Part shown: piece by piece, positions 48,220 through 57,400 of the stretch
How positions within the stretch are numbered: the stretch's first letter is position 1
How the letters are laid out: each line of letters begins with the position of its first letter
DNA from: Oceanispirochaeta sp.
GTDB lineage: Bacteria; Spirochaetota; Spirochaetia; DSM-2461
Assembly (NCBI GenBank): GCA_963663385.2
Contig: CAXXXD010000004.1
Span: forward strand, 864,001 to 928,000
Length of the DNA stretch: 64,000 bases
Direction: 5' to 3'
Translations under genes and position numbers: made by a program
The notes under the pieces: generated by a model
What the model saw: the letters and a program-made list of their open reading frames with translations, nothing else
Databases searched by the model: none
Told to the model about the DNA's origin: nothing

Positions 48220-49456
48220 GAGAAGAGACGGATGACTCCTGCTGATCGTCCGCCAGTTCCTGAATCTGTTTAATCAGTTCACGGAGTTTCCGGGTTTCTT
48301 CCCTGCTGTCTGCCAGTTCAGATTCCAGGTTCATGTTTTCCTGAGCAAGAAAGGTTTCCGATTTTTTCAGAGAATCAGACTGTTCCTGTGCTTCCGCCAG
48401 TTTCCGGGTAAAGCTGGTGCGCAGTTCGGTCAGCTCTTTCTGATGACGGAGTCTCATCTCTTCTACCGCAGGATCCGTTTTATTAAGGGCTTCCTCTTCT
48501 TCAAGGGTGTCTTCCCAGTCCAGTGGCTGCATTTCGACGATAAGACGTGAGTCTTCCAGCTCTCCCGGCAGCAGACGGAATGATTCGTCTCTATACCCCC
48601 GTTTTCTCAGGAGGATGGTCAGTTCCGTATCCGGCAGGAAGAGCCCCGATACTTCCGAATACCCGTTCAGGCGTCCATTGATATAGATCTGGGCGCCCTC
48701 CGGGCTGCTTAGAATCTGCAGGTAAACAAGATCCTCCCGTTCTACGGCCACATCATCGGGAGATTCGCTTCTGAAAACCTCTTCGTCATTCAAGGTGAAA
48801 GCCTGAACTTCCGGAATTTCAGTTTCGTCCTTCTTCAGCTCCAGTTTCTCCATAGGCTCAAGGGATTTCAGAAGGGTTTCCTTCTGGTTGTCATCCAGTG
48901 TCAGAACAGCCACCATCCCATCCAGAACGGAAACAACCGTACGTCCCCCCGGAAGGGCCTGTACCATAAATTCCGTTCCTTCCACGCGGTAGATCCTTTC
49001 CTGAGCAAGAATCTGAAGGTTTTCGCTGTTCATCAGCTCTTCCACTTTGTAAATCATGGATCCTGTCAGCAGTTCCGTCCTGATGTCCGCATCTTTGTTT
49101 CCGCTCAGGAGTTTTCTGATTTTTACCAGAGTATTGCTGCGGATTTTCAGGCTGGCTGTACCGGCAAAACTGACCTGACACAGGGAGTCGTCCACTACTT
49201 TGATAATATCCCCTTCCTGTACACGGTCTCCCGGCAGGGGGATAATCATCTTTTCGGCCCGGATTATATAGACTTCTCCGGAAATCCGTGTAATGACAGC
49301 TTCTCCTTCTTCGGCGGGTCTTATCTTTTCAGGTCCGGATGTACCGGATTCGGAATCCGGTCTGTTAAACAGAGTATCAGAGTAAAAATAGAGAAGCCCT
49401 GCCGCCAGCAGGACTCCCGATATAAAAAAGGATAAGGATTTCACAGCCTGTCTCAT
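48209..49456 (-). CDS. FecR-domain + PEGA-domain membrane protein with C-terminal coiled coil
   Basis: N-terminal TM, 'GDIIKV..DS...' and 'VEGTEF' FecR motifs, 'SSPEGAQIYING...RKRGY' PEGA. Confidence 0.75.
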   Translation of the reverse strand: MRQAVKSLSFFISGVLLAAGLLYFYSDTLFNRPDSESGTSGPEKIRPAEEGEAVITRISGEVYIIRAEKMIIPLPGDRVQEGDIIKVVDDSLCQVSFAGTASLKIRSNTLVKIRKLLSGNKDADIRTELLTGSMIYKVEELMNSENLQILAQERIYRVEGTEFMVQALPGGRTVVSVLDGMVAVLTLDDNQKETLLKSLEPMEKLELKKDETEIPEVQAFTLNDEEVFRSESPDDVAVEREDLVYLQILSSPEGAQIYINGRLNGYSEVSGLFLPDTELTILLRKRGYRDESFRLLPGELEDSRLIVEMQPLDWEDTLEEEEALNKTDPAVEEMRLRHQKELTELRTSFTRKLAEAQEQSDSLKKSETFLAQENMNLESELADSREETRKLRELIKQIQELADDQQESSVSSPKE

Positions 49457-49457
49457 C

Positions 49458-49781
49458 TCAGGGCCTCCATGTTTCTTTCAAACTCCTGAGGACAAGGTCG
49501 CACTCTTTCCGGGGCAGTTCCTGACAGGCTGATTCAAAAAGCCGGATGACCCGTTTCATACTGAAACGGCCATCTGTACTCATGGAGGAAGGGTTCCCTC
49601 CCTCTCCTTTCTGCCAGGTAAGACAGCGCTGGACTGATTTCTTGTCATAACAGAGCTGAAATCCCAGAATCGTCTCCAAGTCTGAATCATACCAGATAAT
49701 AAGGTCCATGTTTTCATCCACGAACCATCTTCTGGGGCCTTCTTCCGGGATCTGTCTTACACCTTCAATCTCAACCAGCAT
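49458..49781 (-). CDS. Conserved hypothetical protein
   Basis: GGAGG before ATG 49781; 'RRWF...DLIIWY...GFQLCYDK' looks protein-like; in operon context. Confidence 0.65.
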   Translation of the reverse strand: MLVEIEGVRQIPEEGPRRWFVDENMDLIIWYDSDLETILGFQLCYDKKSVQRCLTWQKGEGGNPSSMSTDGRFSMKRVIRLFESACQELPRKECDLVLRSLKETWRP

Positions 49782-49800
49782 GCATCCTCCGCAGGAGGAA

Positions 49801-51450
49801 TCAGCGAACTGTCCTAAGTGCCTGGGCAATATTCAGGCAGTAATCACCGATCCTCTCAATATGGCGTACAATATCAAGATACAGCAATTCGCCCTTAATA
49901 TCAGCACCGCTTTTAAGGTTTTTTCGTACTTCTTTCTTCAGGGATTTTCTGGTTTTGTCAATCTTGTTTTCCAGCTCGTAAGCTTCAGCCAGCTGGTCCT
50001 TTTCCAGGTGTTCATTCATATGCTCCTTGATAAAAGCAAGGAACTGCTGAACCATCCGTGTATAGGGAACAACTTCCTGGATTGCCGTATCATGCAGGGG
50101 AATCTGTTTTTTATACCGTCTCCGGGAGAGGAGTATCAGGCTGTAGCAGCAGTCTCCGATACTTTCCAGTTCGTTGACGATACGCATCATGGCGCTCACA
50201 TTGCCCCGTCCGGCTTCATTCAGGTTCTCGGCTGAACAGCTGATGAGGAATTTTGTAATCTCCTCCTGCATCTGATCGCTGTAATCCTCCAGGTCCTTGA
50301 TTTCTTCAACCTGGGCTCCCATTTTCTTGTCTGGGTGTTTAAATACATCTACATAGATATTGAACATGTCCTCCACCACTTTCGTCATGTGAACCACTTC
50401 ACTCTGGGCTTTCATTATATTGATTTCAGGAATGTTCTGTATGGTGGATTCAATATAGGGCAGGGTGTATTTTTCCAGCCCCGTTTCATTCTTCCCGGGG
50501 GGGACCATTTTCTTGACAAGGTCGGCAATCTGGTTGACAAACCCGATAAATACAACTGTATTAAGGATATTGAACAGGGTATGGAACATGGCCAGGTGTG
50601 TTGTCACCTCGTTTCCGGGAACAATCAGATCCACCATCTTCAGGAAGGGGTTGAAAATAACAGTAACTACCGCAACTCCAGCTATATTAAAGAGAATATG
50701 AACCCGGGCGGCTCTTCTGGCGTTTACATTTGCTCCGATCGATGCCAGGAAGGCGTCGATTGTTGTTCCAATATTTGATCCCATTACCATGGCCGCAGCG
50801 GCTTCAAGGGGAAGCAGGCCATTGTGAGCCATGGTCAGGGTGATGGCCATGGAGGCGCTTGAAGAGTGGACTATAATGGTTATCAGGGCTCCTGCAAGAG
50901 TGAAAATCAGAATGGACAGAAATCCCCTGCCGGTAAAATTGCTGAGGAAATGTACGTTCTCGGAATCAAATTCAGGCATGGAGTGCTTCATAAAAGAGAG
51001 CCCCAGAAAGAGCACGCCGAATCCGATCATGAATTCACCCCAGTCCCGGCGTTTGCTGGATTTGGAAAAGTAGAGGGGCATACCCACACCAATGATAGGC
51101 AGAGCCATGGCGCTGATTTTAAATTTGAATCCAAGGAGAGATACGATCCACCCCGTAACAGTAGTACCGATATTCGCACCCATTATGATTCCGATGGACT
51201 GGGTCAGGTTCAAAAGCCCTGCATTAACAAAACTGACAACCATTACTGTTGTAGCCGATGAAGACTGTATGATTGCCGTAATTAGGAACCCTGTGAGAAC
51301 AGCCATAAACCGGTTGGCTGTAATATGGTTCAGTGTTTTCTGCAGGCCTTCTCCAGCCGCCTTCTGAATCCCTTCGCTCATAATCTTCATTCCGAAAAGG
51401 AAGAGCCCGAGGGAGCCGATAATTTCCATAATTGTCGAGATATAGACCAT
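49801..51450 (-). CDS. Na/Pi cotransporter (NptA/YjbB family) with PhoU-like C-terminal domains
   Basis: Two QSSS/HSSS + GANIGTT/GSNIGTT repeats; ELESIGD and HIERIGD. Confidence 0.93.
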   Translation of the reverse strand: MVYISTIMEIIGSLGLFLFGMKIMSEGIQKAAGEGLQKTLNHITANRFMAVLTGFLITAIIQSSSATTVMVVSFVNAGLLNLTQSIGIIMGANIGTTVTGWIVSLLGFKFKISAMALPIIGVGMPLYFSKSSKRRDWGEFMIGFGVLFLGLSFMKHSMPEFDSENVHFLSNFTGRGFLSILIFTLAGALITIIVHSSSASMAITLTMAHNGLLPLEAAAAMVMGSNIGTTIDAFLASIGANVNARRAARVHILFNIAGVAVVTVIFNPFLKMVDLIVPGNEVTTHLAMFHTLFNILNTVVFIGFVNQIADLVKKMVPPGKNETGLEKYTLPYIESTIQNIPEINIMKAQSEVVHMTKVVEDMFNIYVDVFKHPDKKMGAQVEEIKDLEDYSDQMQEEITKFLISCSAENLNEAGRGNVSAMMRIVNELESIGDCCYSLILLSRRRYKKQIPLHDTAIQEVVPYTRMVQQFLAFIKEHMNEHLEKDQLAEAYELENKIDKTRKSLKKEVRKNLKSGADIKGELLYLDIVRHIERIGDYCLNIAQALRTVR

Positions 51451-51546
51451 TCTTTGGTTTTCTCCTGATTAGTTGCTTTCTATTTGAAATTTGAGAATAG
51501 TTTACAAAATTGATCTCTATCTAAACAAGGATGATCAGACGAAAAA

Positions 51547-51564
51547 ATAACAAAATAATAACAG
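51547..51564 (-). promoter_or_regulatory. Candidate Pho box
   Basis: Minus strand CTGTTAT-TATT-TTGTTAT (7-4-7 direct repeat, like PhoB consensus CTGTCAT-N4-CTGTCAT), upstream of a phosphate transporter. Confidence 0.55.
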
Positions 51565-51595
51565 AATCAAGTGAGAATCCTGATTTTGCACGACT

Positions 51596-52420
51596 TCACT
51601 TTTTTCTTTTCCGGAAAACTGCAAATATACCTAATCCCAATAGTGTAAAGAAATAGGGAAAACTGAGGATCAGGGATGAAGGGATGTGGAGGCTTCCCTG
51701 GGCTTTATTGGCCATAGCTTCCGCCGCAGTAAACAGCAGGCAGGCCGCAGTAATCCCCGGTACTTTCCTGTAGCCCAGATAGATAGCAACTAAAGCAATC
51801 CAGCCCTTCCCGGCAGACATGCCCGGGACATAGGCTCCCAGCCTGAGGGAAAGAGCGGCTCCCGCTGTTCCGGATAATACACCCGAAAGCAGAACCGTCA
51901 GGGTTTGGACTTTTACGGGGGATATCCCCCTGCTCCGAAGCAGGTCCGCCTGATCTCCGGAGGCACGGAGAGTTATCCCCGGATAGCTTCTGTAGAGAAA
52001 TATTATAACCAGAACGGCTGTAATAAGGGTTCCCGCCGTAAAAATGTCCAGTCCTCCCAGGTTCGGGAGAGAGAAATTCATATCCAGTCTCAGGATACCC
52101 TGATTCCCGTAGGCTTTCTGGGAAAACGAGGCAATCAGAGCGGGCATGAGGATGTTTATGCCCAATCCGGTTATAAAAATATTGCCTTTCAACCGGAAGC
52201 TGGTATAACTGAAGAGGGTCGCCGTGCACAGTCCGGCCAGGGCCGCGGCCAGGGTTCCGGACAGCAGGCTTCCCGTCGCATCTGCAACAGCCGTTGCTGT
52301 AAAGGCTCCGGTCAGTATCATCCCTTCCAGGGCGATATTCAGGACTCCCGCCAGTTCGGTCAGCAGGCCGCCTATGGCCGCCAGCAGGAGAGGCGCCGCC
52401 CCATTCAGTATATTAATCAC
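51596..52420 (-). CDS. ABC transporter permease (nucleoside/BMP-type)
   Basis: GVLNIALEG, AGKGWIAL. Confidence 0.9.
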   Translation of the reverse strand: MINILNGAAPLLLAAIGGLLTELAGVLNIALEGMILTGAFTATAVADATGSLLSGTLAAALAGLCTATLFSYTSFRLKGNIFITGLGINILMPALIASFSQKAYGNQGILRLDMNFSLPNLGGLDIFTAGTLITAVLVIIFLYRSYPGITLRASGDQADLLRSRGISPVKVQTLTVLLSGVLSGTAGAALSLRLGAYVPGMSAGKGWIALVAIYLGYRKVPGITAACLLFTAAEAMANKAQGSLHIPSSLILSFPYFFTLLGLGIFAVFRKRKK

Positions 52421-53447
52421 GGCGGAGTCTCCTCTTTTTCAGAATCGTTCTCAGGGTTCCCGAGGATATAAGAAGAAACAGAATCCCCTGGATAATGCTT
52501 CCCAGTTCCAGTGAGAGGTCTGACTGAAGGGTGGCCAGTCTGGCCCCCTGGGTCATCCAGGAGAAAAACAGGACGGCGGGAATCAGAAAAAGAGGGTTCC
52601 GGGACGCAATAAGGGCCACGGCTATACCATTCCAGCCCAGTCCCCCGGTAAACCCCAGAATCCCGGCGAAGTAGGTTCCCGAAACAGCAACAGCCCCCGC
52701 CAATCCGTGAAGAGCTCCGCTTATGCTTAGGGGAAGGGTGTCATATATACCCAGGTTCAGCCCTCCAAAGCGTGCAAATTCCCTGTTGTAACCAATCATC
52801 CGCAGTTCGTACCCGCTGCGCGAGTGGTGCAGATAGAAGTAGCAGAGAGGGACCAGCAGAAGAACCAGAAGATAGGATATATTAAAATGGCTGGGCGGGA
52901 GCAGGGAAGGCAGCCTGTACTGTTCCGGGATTTCCATTGTTTTTATAAGATAACTGTCGGGATTGCTGAGGGGCCCCAGTATCAGATAATCCATTATTTT
53001 GCTGATTCCGGCAGACAGCAGAAACGTGCTGATCAGTTCATCCACCTGCCACCGGGATTTCATTACCCCTGATACGGCTGACAGGAGCGCACCTGTCAAG
53101 GCTCCCGTCAGGATCATCCAGCTGATACCGGCGGCTGCCGGAAGATGAGGGAACAGGCGGGCTGCCGCAATGGCCGACATGGCGCCGAGGTAAACCTGTC
53201 CTTCTCCTCCCAGATTGAAAGACCCCGCATTGAAGGCCATGATAATCCCAAGCCCCGTCAGGCTGAGCAGGACGGAATAGTTCAGGAAGTCTCCCAGATA
53301 AAGGCTGTTCCCGAATAATCCCGGGAAAAAATAGTAGAGGGTTTCTGCCGGTTCGGAACTGAAGAGGAGGATAAGGGTTGTGGCTGCGCACAGGCAGATA
53401 AACAGAATGACAAAAACGCCGGGTATCCCGTGTTTCATATTTTTCAT
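52413..53447 (-). CDS. ABC transporter permease (nucleoside/BMP-type)
   Basis: FNLGGEGQ, GYELRMIG, GWNGIAVAL; start 53447 gives an ATGA overlap. Confidence 0.9.
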   Translation of the reverse strand: MKNMKHGIPGVFVILFICLCAATTLILLFSSEPAETLYYFFPGLFGNSLYLGDFLNYSVLLSLTGLGIIMAFNAGSFNLGGEGQVYLGAMSAIAAARLFPHLPAAAGISWMILTGALTGALLSAVSGVMKSRWQVDELISTFLLSAGISKIMDYLILGPLSNPDSYLIKTMEIPEQYRLPSLLPPSHFNISYLLVLLLVPLCYFYLHHSRSGYELRMIGYNREFARFGGLNLGIYDTLPLSISGALHGLAGAVAVSGTYFAGILGFTGGLGWNGIAVALIASRNPLFLIPAVLFFSWMTQGARLATLQSDLSLELGSIIQGILFLLISSGTLRTILKKRRLRRD

Positions 53448-54940
53448 AGACGGTCCGCTCCGGTCATGCATTCACCGATTGTTTTTCTGGTCCATTCTTC
53501 TCCCGTGGAAGGTGTTTCCGTTAATTCTCCGGCTGTCAGTATGCCTATCCTGTCCGATAGAAGCAGCAGTTCGTCAATATCTGTTGTCAGAAGCAGGACC
53601 GCAGATCCTTCTTCTCTTGATTTGAGTATCTGCTGATGCAGTTTCTCCCGGCTGGCAAAATCCAGCCCCCAGCTCGGTTCGGAGATGATAAGAAGAGAGG
53701 GGGCTTCGTACATCTCTCTTGTCAGGATCATTTTCTGAATGTTCCCGCCCGACAGGGTACGGGCAGGTTGATCGGGATGCCCTTTTATGTCGCTTTTTCG
53801 TATAAGGTTTCCCGCCCATATGAGCAGGGCTTTTCTGTAGCTCCCGGATTTGCCGCTGAATTTCTTTTTTAACAGGATCAGGTTTTCTCCAAGAGTCGAG
53901 TCCAGGCTGGCGCCCCGGGTAAGGCGATCCGCCGGTATATAGGATATCCCGTGTCTGCGCAGGCGAAAAGGGGTCAGATACGGCATTGGCCTGCTGTTAA
54001 GCAGAATGCTGCCTCTGCGGGGCCGGATAGCTCCGGTAATAAGGTCTTCCAGGTGTTCCAGTCCGTTTTCCCGTATTCCTCCTATTCCCAATATCTCTCC
54101 GGAACGGAGCTCCAGGTTGAGATTTTTCAGTCTGGGACTTCCCTGTTCCGAGTAGGAAATATCCTGAAGCGCCAGTATGGGATTACTCTCCGGATCGGGA
54201 ACAGATCTCCTTCGTTTCAGGGGAACTCCCATCTCTCGGCCGCTGCCGATCATGGCAGCTGACAGCTCATTCGGCTGTATCTCCCCGATACCGCAGACTT
54301 TCACAAGAGATCCCTTTCTGATTACGGCAACCCTGTCGGCCAGAGCATAGGTCTCGCTGATTTTGTGTGTAATATAGATAATTGTACGGCCCTCTTTTTT
54401 TAAAAGCCGTATCAGATCTGAAAGTTCTTCTGTCTGCTGCTCCGATAAACTGGCGCTTGGTTCATCAAAAACAAGGATATCCCTGTTCAGGAGGAGGCTT
54501 TCCAGCAGTTCGGCACGCTGAATCTGAGCTCCCGTCAAATCGCCTGCTCTACTGTTTAAATCAAGGGGGAGATTGTACTGCTTCTGTATGTTCTGAATCT
54601 TCCCGATAATGCGCCGCGGGTTCAGAAAGAGATCGCCACTGGCATGTCCAAGGGCAATGTTTTCCCATACAGTAAGGTTTCTTGCCAGGATGGGTTTCTG
54701 ATGGATCATGCCGACAGAACTGCCTTCCCCCAGAGTAAACGTTCCGCCGTCAGGAGTCAGTAATCCGGATAGTATGTGCATAAGAGTCGATTTTCCTGCA
54801 CCATTCTCTCCCATCAGGGCCAGAATCTCCCCTGCATAAACAGAGAGGCTTATCCTGTTGCAGGCTTTAATTTTGTTATCCGCAAATTCCTTGCTGATCT
54901 CTTTTAGCTCAATGCGGCAGGGAGAGGATTGGAATGACAC
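53444..54940 (-). CDS. ABC transporter ATP-binding protein (tandem NBD, CUT2 type)
   Basis: GENGAGKST, FDEP, LSGGNIQK. Confidence 0.92.
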   Translation of the reverse strand: MSFQSSPCRIELKEISKEFADNKIKACNRISLSVYAGEILALMGENGAGKSTLMHILSGLLTPDGGTFTLGEGSSVGMIHQKPILARNLTVWENIALGHASGDLFLNPRRIIGKIQNIQKQYNLPLDLNSRAGDLTGAQIQRAELLESLLLNRDILVFDEPSASLSEQQTEELSDLIRLLKKEGRTIIYITHKISETYALADRVAVIRKGSLVKVCGIGEIQPNELSAAMIGSGREMGVPLKRRRSVPDPESNPILALQDISYSEQGSPRLKNLNLELRSGEILGIGGIRENGLEHLEDLITGAIRPRRGSILLNSRPMPYLTPFRLRRHGISYIPADRLTRGASLDSTLGENLILLKKKFSGKSGSYRKALLIWAGNLIRKSDIKGHPDQPARTLSGGNIQKMILTREMYEAPSLLIISEPSWGLDFASREKLHQQILKSREEGSAVLLLTTDIDELLLLSDRIGILTAGELTETPSTGEEWTRKTIGECMTGADRL

Positions 54941-54943
54941 TGA

Positions 54944-55969
54944 CTATCTCAGCTGCAGCTGTCCGTCTTTAAACTGATTGACCAGGGCATCCTGCTTTTT
55001 CCGAATCTCTTCAGGTACATTGTTTTTGTACAGGTCATCGTCGCTGATAAAATCGAGGAATCCCTCTCTGACACCGGCATAACTTGAGGATCCTGCCGGA
55101 AGTTCGCCTTTCAAAGCCAGAAGAGTCTGTTCGTATGCTGCCTTATCCTCTCTGATAAGACCGCTGCCGATGACTGTTCCGGGTTCCAGGGCATAACCGT
55201 TGGTATCGTACCATAAGACATATTTACCGGCATTTTTAGCTGCCGATATAACACCCTGATTGGCCCCTCCCGCAATTGTCAGAATAACATCAACTCCCGC
55301 CTCTATCATGCTTTCGGTCAGATCGGATGCTTTGGTCGCGTCGTACCAGTTCCCAATGACCCGGAAATCCAGTTCCGCTCCGGGAGCCGCAGCCGTCAAG
55401 CCCTGAATGAATCCGGGTCTGATCTTCTGATTCATCTCGGGATATTCCTGACCGGCTATCAGTCCGATCTTAAGATCAGCATTGGCTCCTTCCATGGTGG
55501 ATTGTGTGACCAGTCCGGCAAAGTAGCCAAGCATATAGGAAAGTTCCAGGTGGCTGAAAAGGAAGGTCGATACCGTGTCGTTTTCGATTCGGCTTCCTTC
55601 CAGGATCAGAAAATCCTGATCCGGGTATGTTTTCTTCACTTCCCGGCAGATTTCGGGCATGGCAGGATTGGATGTGATAATCAAATCGTATTTTTTCTCA
55701 GCGGCCAGAGCCAGTACCTGAGATCCCCATTCCGCCTGATTAAAACCGCCTTCTACAGTTTTTACAGTAGCGTCTTTTTCTTCCGCCGCCTTTCTGACAC
55801 CCTTGTCCATCATTTCATATGTGGGGCTGCCGGCCAGAACTCCGGGAACAAAAACAGCCAACCCTGATATTTCACTCTTTTCGGGGCCTTTCTGTTTTGA
55901 ACAGCCTGTTACAAACAATACGCTCCCTATTAGGATAAGGATAAGGGGAAGGGAAGATTTTCCTGACAT
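54944..55969 (-). CDS. BMP-family substrate-binding lipoprotein
   Basis: VTG-C lipobox; GNWYDATKA, AGGANQGVI. Confidence 0.88.
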   Translation of the reverse strand: MSGKSSLPLILILIGSVLFVTGCSKQKGPEKSEISGLAVFVPGVLAGSPTYEMMDKGVRKAAEEKDATVKTVEGGFNQAEWGSQVLALAAEKKYDLIITSNPAMPEICREVKKTYPDQDFLILEGSRIENDTVSTFLFSHLELSYMLGYFAGLVTQSTMEGANADLKIGLIAGQEYPEMNQKIRPGFIQGLTAAAPGAELDFRVIGNWYDATKASDLTESMIEAGVDVILTIAGGANQGVISAAKNAGKYVLWYDTNGYALEPGTVIGSGLIREDKAAYEQTLLALKGELPAGSSSYAGVREGFLDFISDDDLYKNNVPEEIRKKQDALVNQFKDGQLQLR

Positions 55970-56095
55970 GCTATTTCTCCTCGGCTTTTTTGCAGCCTTT
56001 ATTCTTTCTATTTAATAATAACGAAAACTGAATTAGTCGGCAAATTATGAATGATTCAATCCATAGGGTAAAGTCCTTATCCGTCTCTATTCTTA

Positions 56096-56125
56096 TTGAC
56101 CCCGCGAAAAAGGGTGTGATATGTT
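56096..56125 (+). promoter_or_regulatory. Possible promoter of prs
   Basis: TTGACC-18 bp-TATGTT with TG extension. Confidence 0.4.
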
Positions 56126-56161
56126 TTTAGAAAATTAAAATTAAACTTATAAGGATGTTAA

Positions 56162-57397
56162 ATGAGCTTTTCAAAACCGACCTCTCTCGGTGTGATAGCA
56201 TGTCCCGGTGGCGAATCCTTCGCAAATGAGATTACCTCTCATCTGAAGACAATTTACCGGAGAAGGTTTGATAAAAAAGTAAGTTACATTTCCCGTCTCT
56301 ACAATATGGATAGAGAGGAGGTGTATAAGCAGGCGAATTTTTCAAGTGATATTATTTCTCACAGGGTTACGGGAGTTGGCGATGGGGCCAGTTACCGCAG
56401 CCCTTCGTTTAAAATCCCCTGCAAGACTACACGTTTTGCAAATGGCGAAATTAAAACAGAAATTCTGAGATCCATCAGAGGGATGGATATCTATATAGTT
56501 CAGGATGTTGCCAATAATAATCCTGTTCGTTTTTTCGGGTCCGATGAAGAGGTTGTCTGTTCTGTCAACGATCACCTGATGAATCTGTTTGTTACCATTG
56601 ACGCGGCTTTTCAGTCAGGAGCCAGAAGGGTTTCTCTTGTTACCCCCACTTATCCCTACAGCCGGCAGCATAAATCAAAAGGCAGGGAAGGGCTTACCGC
56701 TTCAACTCTTGGACGTATTTTTGAAAATATGGGAATCGAACGGATTATCACACTGGATATCCATTCCAAGGAAATCTCACACAGTTTTCAGAAGCTCTCT
56801 CTCGAAAATCTTCATGCCTCCTATCAGATTCTCCGTCAGTTAAGCGGGAATATCAATCTTATTGAAGAAGATCTGGTGGTCGTGTCTCCCGATACGGGGG
56901 CCATCGAACGGAACAAATTCTACGCTAATTCACTGAAGAAGCCCCTGGCTCTTCTCTATAAGGAGCGGGACTACTCCAAGTTGACCCGCAGCGCATCCGA
57001 TTCCAATATTACGTCTGCCAGGTTACTGGGAGATGTAAAAGACAAAACGGTCTTTATTGCTGATGATATGCTGGGAACCGGCGGAACCCTGATCAAGGCC
57101 ATGAAGCTGATCAGGGAGATGGGTGCCAGAAAGATAATCTGTTCAGTCTCTCTTCCCATGTTCTCGGGCGATGCTGTACAGCACTTTGATGAGGCCTACA
57201 ACGAAGGGTACTTCGATTATATTGTCGGAACCAACGCTGTGACTCTTCCCGATGAGATACTGGATAAAGAATGGTTTTTCTCAGCCAGTGTTTCCAATCT
57301 TTTTGCCCGTGCCATCTCCCGGGTTCATCATAACAGATCGGTTTCTCCTCTTCTGGATAATAGTAAAATGATTCAGAGGATGCTGAAAAAGAGGTAG
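56162..57397 (+). CDS. prs: Ribose-phosphate pyrophosphokinase (long spirochaetal form)
   Basis: FANGE, YPYSRQ, LDIHS, VSPDTG, PRPP motif IADDMLGTGGT. Confidence 0.93.
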   Translation: MSFSKPTSLGVIACPGGESFANEITSHLKTIYRRRFDKKVSYISRLYNMDREEVYKQANFSSDIISHRVTGVGDGASYRSPSFKIPCKTTRFANGEIKTEILRSIRGMDIYIVQDVANNNPVRFFGSDEEVVCSVNDHLMNLFVTIDAAFQSGARRVSLVTPTYPYSRQHKSKGREGLTASTLGRIFENMGIERIITLDIHSKEISHSFQKLSLENLHASYQILRQLSGNINLIEEDLVVVSPDTGAIERNKFYANSLKKPLALLYKERDYSKLTRSASDSNITSARLLGDVKDKTVFIADDMLGTGGTLIKAMKLIREMGARKIICSVSLPMFSGDAVQHFDEAYNEGYFDYIVGTNAVTLPDEILDKEWFFSASVSNLFARAISRVHHNRSVSPLLDNSKMIQRMLKKR

Positions 57398-57400
57398 TCC

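Noticed and set aside
56240..56420. N-terminal insertion in Prs
   Set aside because: Prs proteins of ~400-420 aa are normal in spirochaetes as I recall; not novel.
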